Made by a program: the position numbers and the translations under genes. Under the pieces are notes generated by a model that was given only the letters and a program-made list of their open reading frames with translations, made no database searches and had not been told where the DNA came from. 64,000 bases of DNA, taken from the IMG/VR virus record IMGVR_UViG_3300032242_001280; one strand, written 5' to 3'. This DNA is from a virus. Of this stretch, positions 58,188 through 64,000 are shown one piece after another (position 1 is the first letter of the stretch; every line of letters starts with the position of its first letter).

Positions 58188-61100
58188 ATGACATATACTT
58201 TAAAGAACACTGCAGGTGCGACCGTTGCTACAGTCAATGATAACACTGAAAATATTGTTAGCACAAGTTTAACCTTCATTGGTAAAAACTATCCTGGGTA
58301 TGGTCTTGCCCTCAATGAAAATTTTTTATATCTTTTAGAAAACTTTAGTAACTCTGCGGGAAATCCTCCTCCTTATGCGATCCAAGGACAGCTATGGTGG
58401 GAAAGCACTAATAAATTTTTAACAGTATTTGATGGTTCGGCTTGGAGAACGGTATATGGCAATCTCTCAAGCTTGGTTGTTAACACAAGTATAACTGCTT
58501 CAACCATTACTGTTGCAACTGCTACTAGTAGCACACTTAATGTTGGACAAATAAATGCTGGTGTAGTTGGCAATGCAACCACAACACATGCTGGTACAAG
58601 TGCAACTCTTACTAGCGCAGTGACAGTTCCAACCGTTAATGCTGGTCAAATAAATGCAAGCACAATAGGTAACACCACCACAACTTATAGCGGCGTAAGC
58701 GAAACTTTAACTGGTTCTGTTACTGTTCCTACAATAAATGTTGGTCAAATAAATGCAAGCACAATAGGTAACACCACCACAACTTATAGCGGCGTAAGCG
58801 AAACTTTAACCAGTTTTGTGACGGTTCCTACAATAAATGTTGGTCAAATAAATGCAAGTACTATTGGCAATGCTACGACAAATTATAGTGGTGTTAATGA
58901 TACGCTAACTGGAACTACCACCGTTCCTACAATAAATGTAGGTACAATTAATGCTAACTTGATCGGCAATTCAAACACCACATATATTGGTGATAATATT
59001 TTAATAAGTGCAAACATAGTTGTGCCTATTGCTAACATAGGAACTATAAACGCAAGCACTATTGGTAATGCTACAACAACTTATAGCGGCGTAAGTACTA
59101 CATTGACTGGAGCTACTACGGTTCCTACGCTAAATGCTGGTCAAATAAATGCAAGTACAGTAGGTAATGCAACAACCACTTATAGTGGCGTAAGCACTAC
59201 ATTGACGGGCACAGTTACAGTTCCTACAGTAAATGCTGGTCAGATAAATGCAAGTACTGTTGGTAATACCACAACCACTTATAGCGGCGTAAGCGAAACT
59301 TTAACTGGTTCTGTTACTGTTCCTACGATAAATGTTGGAACATTAAATGCTAACGCAATTGGTAATTCAACATCGACCTATAGTGGCGTGAGCGGAACTC
59401 TTTCTGGAACTTTTGCAGCAAATTCATTTACTGCGGTAACTGTTTATGCAGGTACGCTTGGTAATACAAATGCACTTTTCACTGGCTATCTTACTACTGC
59501 TTCTCAGCCAAATGTTACTAGTCTTGGTACACTAACAAGTCTAACTGTTACAAATACCATAGCAGCAAATGCTTATACCGCTAACGCAATGTATGCTGGT
59601 ACACTTGGTAACACAGGAACAACTTTAACTGGAACGCTGTCAACTAATGCTCAGCCTAATATCACTTCTGTTGGACAGTTAACTTCTCTCAATGTTACTG
59701 GAACCACTGCTACTAATTTAATAAATGCAGGTCAAATAGGCAATGCAAGCACTACTGTATTGGTAGGTACATTAGGAACTGCCGCCGCTGCACAAGGAAA
59801 TATCACTTCTGTCGGACAGTTAACTTCACTTAATGTTACAGGAACTGCCACAGCTAATCAGTTGCAAGCAGGACTAATAGGAAACAGTGGTTCACTGTTA
59901 CAAGGCACTCTTATTACTGCTGCTCAACCAAACATCACTAGCACTGGTACACTTACTTCTCTTAATGTTACGAATACTGTAACAGCAAATATTCATACTG
60001 GCGCTGCCGTTTATGCAGGAAATATAGGTAATACTGGCGCAGCCCTAACTGGCGCGACACTTAGCCTTAGCGGACAAGCTAACTTAGCAAATACTGCTGT
60101 TAGTAGCGTATATGTTACAGGCGGTGTTTATTGGCAGAGTAACGGTAATCCAATTGGATCATATAGTCCACTAGCAATCGCTGCTGGCGGCAATACTATG
60201 TTGCAGTTTAATAATGCTGGCACAACATACGGTTCAACTTATCTACAGTACAATATTGTTAGTGGGAATCTTATAAGCAATAGTACAACAACTTCTACTT
60301 CTACAACAACAGGTGCTATTGTTGTTCCAAGCATTGGTGTAAGTGGAAATGTTAACGCAAATGCATTTTACAGTAACTATTTCTTATATTCAAATGGCGC
60401 AACTATTGTTACTCCTCCTAGTGGAGCTAATACCTTTATCCAATTTAACAGCAGCGGCTCCTTCGGCGGCGCAAATTATTTACAATACAATATTACTAGT
60501 GGAAATCTTGTAAGTAATAGTACTACTATAAGCACAAGTCAAATAACTGGTGCCCTTGTTCTTGGCGGTGGTATAGGTGTTGGCGGAGCTATTAACGCAG
60601 CCAATGTTGCAACTACGCCTGTTGCGCCTAATCCAACCAATGGAATTAATACACTTGGATTGTATACTTCTGGCTCTTATGGTGGTGGCATTGGTTTACT
60701 CGATGGCACTTGGGGCTGGGGTATATATGATACCTTTGGTCAGTTAAATTTTGGTAATTCAACAGGCGCTACTGGATCAGTAACTCAGAGAATTCAATTT
60801 GGTAATACAGGAACTATCACTGCTGGTGGCAATATTACTGCACAAGGCGGTAATTTATATGCTGCTTATGTGGTTGCAAATAGCGGTTTAAGTGGTACAT
60901 TAATAACCAACGCACAAACAAATATTACTGGTTTAGGAACAATTACTAGTGGTACATGGAATGGTAACATCATTGGTCCAACTTATGGCGGAACTGGCGT
61001 AAACAACGGTGCTAACCAGTTAACATTGAGCAATGGTAGTTATACTATTAACCAAAGTGTTGCTCAAGGTGCTAGCCCACTATTCTCTGCTGTGTCTGCT

Positions 61101-62633
61101 GGTACTATCGGTAACAGTGGCGCTACTTTAACAGGTTTAACTGCATCTATCAATACTATTAGTGCAGGTGTGATAGGAAATACAAGCAGTACCTTACTGC
61201 AGGGCACATTAATAACTGCAGCACAGGGTAATGTCACTTCTCTTGGCACATTAACTAGCTTAACTGTAAGCGGAACAACTAATCTACAAGGCACAGCTAA
61301 TGTTGCTACTATTAATGCTACTAGCATGTATGCAACTACAATTGGAAATACTGCTGCTGCAATCAATGGTAATCTTTTCAATGGCAGTGCAGTATATGCT
61401 GGTACAATTGGTAATACTGGCGCAAGTTTAGTTGGAACAGTAAGCACTGCAGCACAAACAAGCATTACTTCGCTTGGAACATTAACTGGCTTAACAGTTA
61501 GTGGCACCACTAATCTGCAAGGCACTACGAATGGCGCAACTATTAATGGCGCAAGTATGTTTGCCACAACTATTGGCAATACTGCCTCTGCAATCAATGG
61601 TAATATTCACACTGGTAGTGCAATATATGCTGGTACTATAGGTAACACGGGTGCTTCTCTAGTTGGAACACTATCAACTGCTGCTCAAACTAATATTACC
61701 AGTGTTGGAACACTAAGTTCACTGAATGTTACTAATGCAGTTCAAGCAAATACTCATACAGGTGTCGCAGTTTATGCTGGTACTATAGGTAACACGGGTG
61801 CTTCACTCGTTGGAACACTATCGACTGCTGCACAAACCAATATCACAAGTGTTGGTACACTAGGCGCACTTACTGTTACCGCTACTATTACTGGATCAGT
61901 AAGTGGAAATGCAGGTACTGCAACCGCACTACAAACAGCAAGAAATATAAATGGCGTTTCCTTCAACGGCACTGCAGATATTACAGTTCATACTGCAGGT
62001 ACAGGTATTAGCATAAGTGGAACTACTGTAACAAATACTGGTGTTACTAGTGCAGTGGCTGGTACTGGTGTTAGTGTAAGCGGTTCTACGGGTGCAGTAA
62101 CTTTCAGTATTGGACAAGCAGTAGGCACAGGTAATTCCCCTACATTTGCTGGTCTAACATCAAGTGGAGCAATTGTTCCAAGTAGTAATAACGCAGTGAC
62201 ACTTGGAAGTGCTAGTGCTTATTGGTCAACTATATATGGTGTGTCTTTTGTTGGTTCATCAACTACTGCACAATACGCCGACTTAGCAGAAAAATATTTA
62301 CCAGATGCTGGTTATGCAGTGGGAACTGTTGTTATGGTAGGCGGAGAAGCAGAAGTCACTGCGCACACAGGCGGAAACTATCGTGCTATTGGTGTAGTCA
62401 GTGCTAATCCAGCATACAAAATGAATGATGGATTAGAAGGCGGAACTTATATTGCACTCAAAGGTCGTGTCCCTGTGTTTGTTTCTGGTCCAGTAAGCAA
62501 AGGCGATAATTTAAAAGGTAATACTGGTGGAACAGCAATTGTTGATCCAGACTTGACAACCAAGTCATTTGCAATTGCTCTTGAAACCGACAACGGTAAT
62601 GGTGTAAGGTTAATTGAGGCAGTCATCCTATAA
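58188..62633 (+). CDS. Long tail fibre with C-terminal autocleaving chaperone-like (peptidase G2/S74-type) domain
   Basis: Shared N-terminus; 33-aa and AQxNITSxGTL repeats; ADLAEKY...IGVVS.NPAY.MN...IALKGRVPV C-terminus. Confidence 0.85.
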   Translation: MTYTLKNTAGATVATVNDNTENIVSTSLTFIGKNYPGYGLALNENFLYLLENFSNSAGNPPPYAIQGQLWWESTNKFLTVFDGSAWRTVYGNLSSLVVNTSITASTITVATATSSTLNVGQINAGVVGNATTTHAGTSATLTSAVTVPTVNAGQINASTIGNTTTTYSGVSETLTGSVTVPTINVGQINASTIGNTTTTYSGVSETLTSFVTVPTINVGQINASTIGNATTNYSGVNDTLTGTTTVPTINVGTINANLIGNSNTTYIGDNILISANIVVPIANIGTINASTIGNATTTYSGVSTTLTGATTVPTLNAGQINASTVGNATTTYSGVSTTLTGTVTVPTVNAGQINASTVGNTTTTYSGVSETLTGSVTVPTINVGTLNANAIGNSTSTYSGVSGTLSGTFAANSFTAVTVYAGTLGNTNALFTGYLTTASQPNVTSLGTLTSLTVTNTIAANAYTANAMYAGTLGNTGTTLTGTLSTNAQPNITSVGQLTSLNVTGTTATNLINAGQIGNASTTVLVGTLGTAAAAQGNITSVGQLTSLNVTGTATANQLQAGLIGNSGSLLQGTLITAAQPNITSTGTLTSLNVTNTVTANIHTGAAVYAGNIGNTGAALTGATLSLSGQANLANTAVSSVYVTGGVYWQSNGNPIGSYSPLAIAAGGNTMLQFNNAGTTYGSTYLQYNIVSGNLISNSTTTSTSTTTGAIVVPSIGVSGNVNANAFYSNYFLYSNGATIVTPPSGANTFIQFNSSGSFGGANYLQYNITSGNLVSNSTTISTSQITGALVLGGGIGVGGAINAANVATTPVAPNPTNGINTLGLYTSGSYGGGIGLLDGTWGWGIYDTFGQLNFGNSTGATGSVTQRIQFGNTGTITAGGNITAQGGNLYAAYVVANSGLSGTLITNAQTNITGLGTITSGTWNGNIIGPTYGGTGVNNGANQLTLSNGSYTINQSVAQGASPLFSAVSAGTIGNSGATLTGLTASINTISAGVIGNTSSTLLQGTLITAAQGNVTSLGTLTSLTVSGTTNLQGTANVATINATSMYATTIGNTAAAINGNLFNGSAVYAGTIGNTGASLVGTVSTAAQTSITSLGTLTGLTVSGTTNLQGTTNGATINGASMFATTIGNTASAINGNIHTGSAIYAGTIGNTGASLVGTLSTAAQTNITSVGTLSSLNVTNAVQANTHTGVAVYAGTIGNTGASLVGTLSTAAQTNITSVGTLGALTVTATITGSVSGNAGTATALQTARNINGVSFNGTADITVHTAGTGISISGTTVTNTGVTSAVAGTGVSVSGSTGAVTFSIGQAVGTGNSPTFAGLTSSGAIVPSSNNAVTLGSASAYWSTIYGVSFVGSSTTAQYADLAEKYLPDAGYAVGTVVMVGGEAEVTAHTGGNYRAIGVVSANPAYKMNDGLEGGTYIALKGRVPVFVSGPVSKGDNLKGNTGGTAIVDPDLTTKSFAIALETDNGNGVRLIEAVIL
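58540..59400 (+). repeat. Array of ~99-bp (33-aa) repeats in the fibre shaft
   Basis: TVPT(I/V/L)NxGQINASTxGNxTTTYSGVSxTLT repeated about eight times. Confidence 0.85.
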
Positions 62634-62672
62634 CCAATCTGTAAATAAATACATTAGAAAATAGGTGGGAAG

Positions 62673-64000
62673 ATGGCAGGATATACCCTTACAACCAGTC
62701 AAACAAGTTTTACGGTAAATGATGGTACAACAAATACTTCAAATACCAGTTTAACCTTGGTTGGAAAAAATTACCCAAATTATGGTCAAATTCTTCAACA
62801 AGACTTAATAAACATGTTGCAGAATTTTGCTGCTGTTGGACAACCTACACATGTTATTCCTGGCCAGCTATGGTGGGATACAGCTAACTTAGTTCTTAAA
62901 GTATATAGCGGAGCTGCATTTAAAAATTTAGCAGCAATAACTTCGTCTGCCACGACTCCATCCAGTGCTGTAATTGCTGGCGATCTTTGGTTTGACAGTA
63001 ATAATGCACAGTTAAATGTTTATACTGGAGCTACTTGGCAACTTGTTGGCCCTGTTTATACAAATACACAAGGTAAAACTGCTGCACTTGCTGATACTAT
63101 TACTGATATTGGTAGTAATAGCCACACAGTATTAAAGTTATTCGTTGGTAACACTATTGTTGCTATTGTTAGTAAGGATGCTACATTTACACCCGCAACT
63201 CCTATATCTGGATTTGCTACTATCAATCCAGGTTACAATAATAATACTAATATCTTTGGTGTTGCTGGTTCTGGTACACTTGTTGGTATTGTGCTTACTA
63301 ACGCTCAGCCGTATATTAACAGTTTAGGAACATTAAGCAGTTTAACAGTTTCAAGTCCAATTGTAGGCAGCGTATTATATAACGCAGCAACAGTTACCAC
63401 TGCTGCGCAACCCAATATTACGAGTACGGGTACTCTCACAAGTGTCACAACAACTGGAACAGTAGCTGCTCCAGTTATTAACGGCGGCACTATTGGTAAT
63501 ACGGGTGCAGTATTTACTGGTATATCTGCAACAGTTAACACTGTTAACGCTGGACAAATTGGTAATGCTAGCACTACTAATTTAATAGGCACACTGACAA
63601 CTGCTGCTCAACCTAATATTACAAGCACTGGCACTCTCGGATCACTTACCGTTACTAATGGCGTTCAAGCAAATACTCATACTGGCGTAGCAATGTACGC
63701 AGGTACAATTGGTAATAGCGGCGCAAATCATTATGGCGCTACTGTTGTAACAACAGGTAACATTTATAGTGGTGGAAATATTATTGCTGCGGCAACAACT
63801 GCGGCAACAAGCGAAACAACTGGTGCAGTAGTAGTGGCTGGTGGCGTTGGTATTGCTGGAAGTTTATATATAAAAGGCGGATTAACAGTTGTTGGAACTA
63901 CAACATATATTGGGCAATCAACCTCAAGTACTACGCTAGCTGCTCCTGGAATTAACGCTGGCTTGATTGGCAACAGCGGTGCACTATTGCAAGGTACGCT
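62673..64000 (+). CDS. Partial tail fibre (fourth paralogue), runs off the right edge
   Basis: Not in the ORF track. Manual translation MAGYTLTTSQTSFTVNDGTTNTSNTSLTLVGKNYPNYGQ...GQLWWD; TAAATA and AGGTGG upstream. Confidence 0.85.
   Translation, partial: MAGYTLTTSQTSFTVNDGTTNTSNTSLTLVGKNYPNYGQILQQDLINMLQNFAAVGQPTHVIPGQLWWDTANLVLKVYSGAAFKNLAAITSSATTPSSAVIAGDLWFDSNNAQLNVYTGATWQLVGPVYTNTQGKTAALADTITDIGSNSHTVLKLFVGNTIVAIVSKDATFTPATPISGFATINPGYNNNTNIFGVAGSGTLVGIVLTNAQPYINSLGTLSSLTVSSPIVGSVLYNAATVTTAAQPNITSTGTLTSVTTTGTVAAPVINGGTIGNTGAVFTGISATVNTVNAGQIGNASTTNLIGTLTTAAQPNITSTGTLGSLTVTNGVQANTHTGVAMYAGTIGNSGANHYGATVVTTGNIYSGGNIIAAATTAATSETTGAVVVAGGVGIAGSLYIKGGLTVVGTTTYIGQSTSSTTLAAPGINAGLIGNSGALLQGT

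Noticed and set aside
56870-61900. CRISPR-like array
   Set aside because: Repeats are in-frame coding units (99 and 147 bp) without unique spacers.
1740-62633. Stop-codon reassignment, introns or inteins in core genes
   Set aside because: Core genes are full length in the standard code, and I saw no intein or homing endonuclease motifs.
2038-63973. Numerous 60-180-aa antisense or nested ORFs in the track (e.g. 8774-9235, 28971-29411, 32721-33158, 61064-61597)
   Set aside because: They shadow long, well-supported genes, lack RBS or motifs, and reflect codon bias of the opposite strand.
54702-64000. Abundant N-x-S/T sequons in fibres as evidence of N-glycosylation
   Set aside because: Explained by N/S/T-rich repeat composition; no glycosyltransferase is present in the window.

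Overview
This window is a 64-kb AT-rich segment of a large T4-like myophage genome. The gp55-type late sigma factor, 1130-aa gp6 and 4911-aa baseplate protein resemble the architecture of RaK2/Atu_ph07-like jumbo phages. Left to right: a partial fibre-like gene; a small DUF1127 unit with host-type regulatory boxes; the head module (gp23, gp22, gp21, core proteins, gp20); tape measure; a gp26/gp51 pair apparently joined by a -1 frameshift; a ~400-nt structured non-coding region; an accessory cassette (NitT/TauT-type ABC importer, 2OG-Fe(II)-like oxygenase, two PP-loop paralogues, methyltransferase) behind a riboswitch-like leader; SDR, resolvase, radical SAM, gp46, gp47 and gp55; then the baseplate operon and four paralogous tail-fibre genes, the last partial. 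DUF1127, the PhaR/LysR-like boxes, the ABC binding protein and leaderless genes all suggest an alphaproteobacterial host (inference). The most novel-looking elements are the orphan riboswitch-like leader (18.72-18.94 kb), the transporter/enzyme cassette it precedes, and the pseudoknotted ncRNA candidate at the cassette's 3' end (12.6-12.93 kb). All family calls come from motif recognition by eye; no searches were run.
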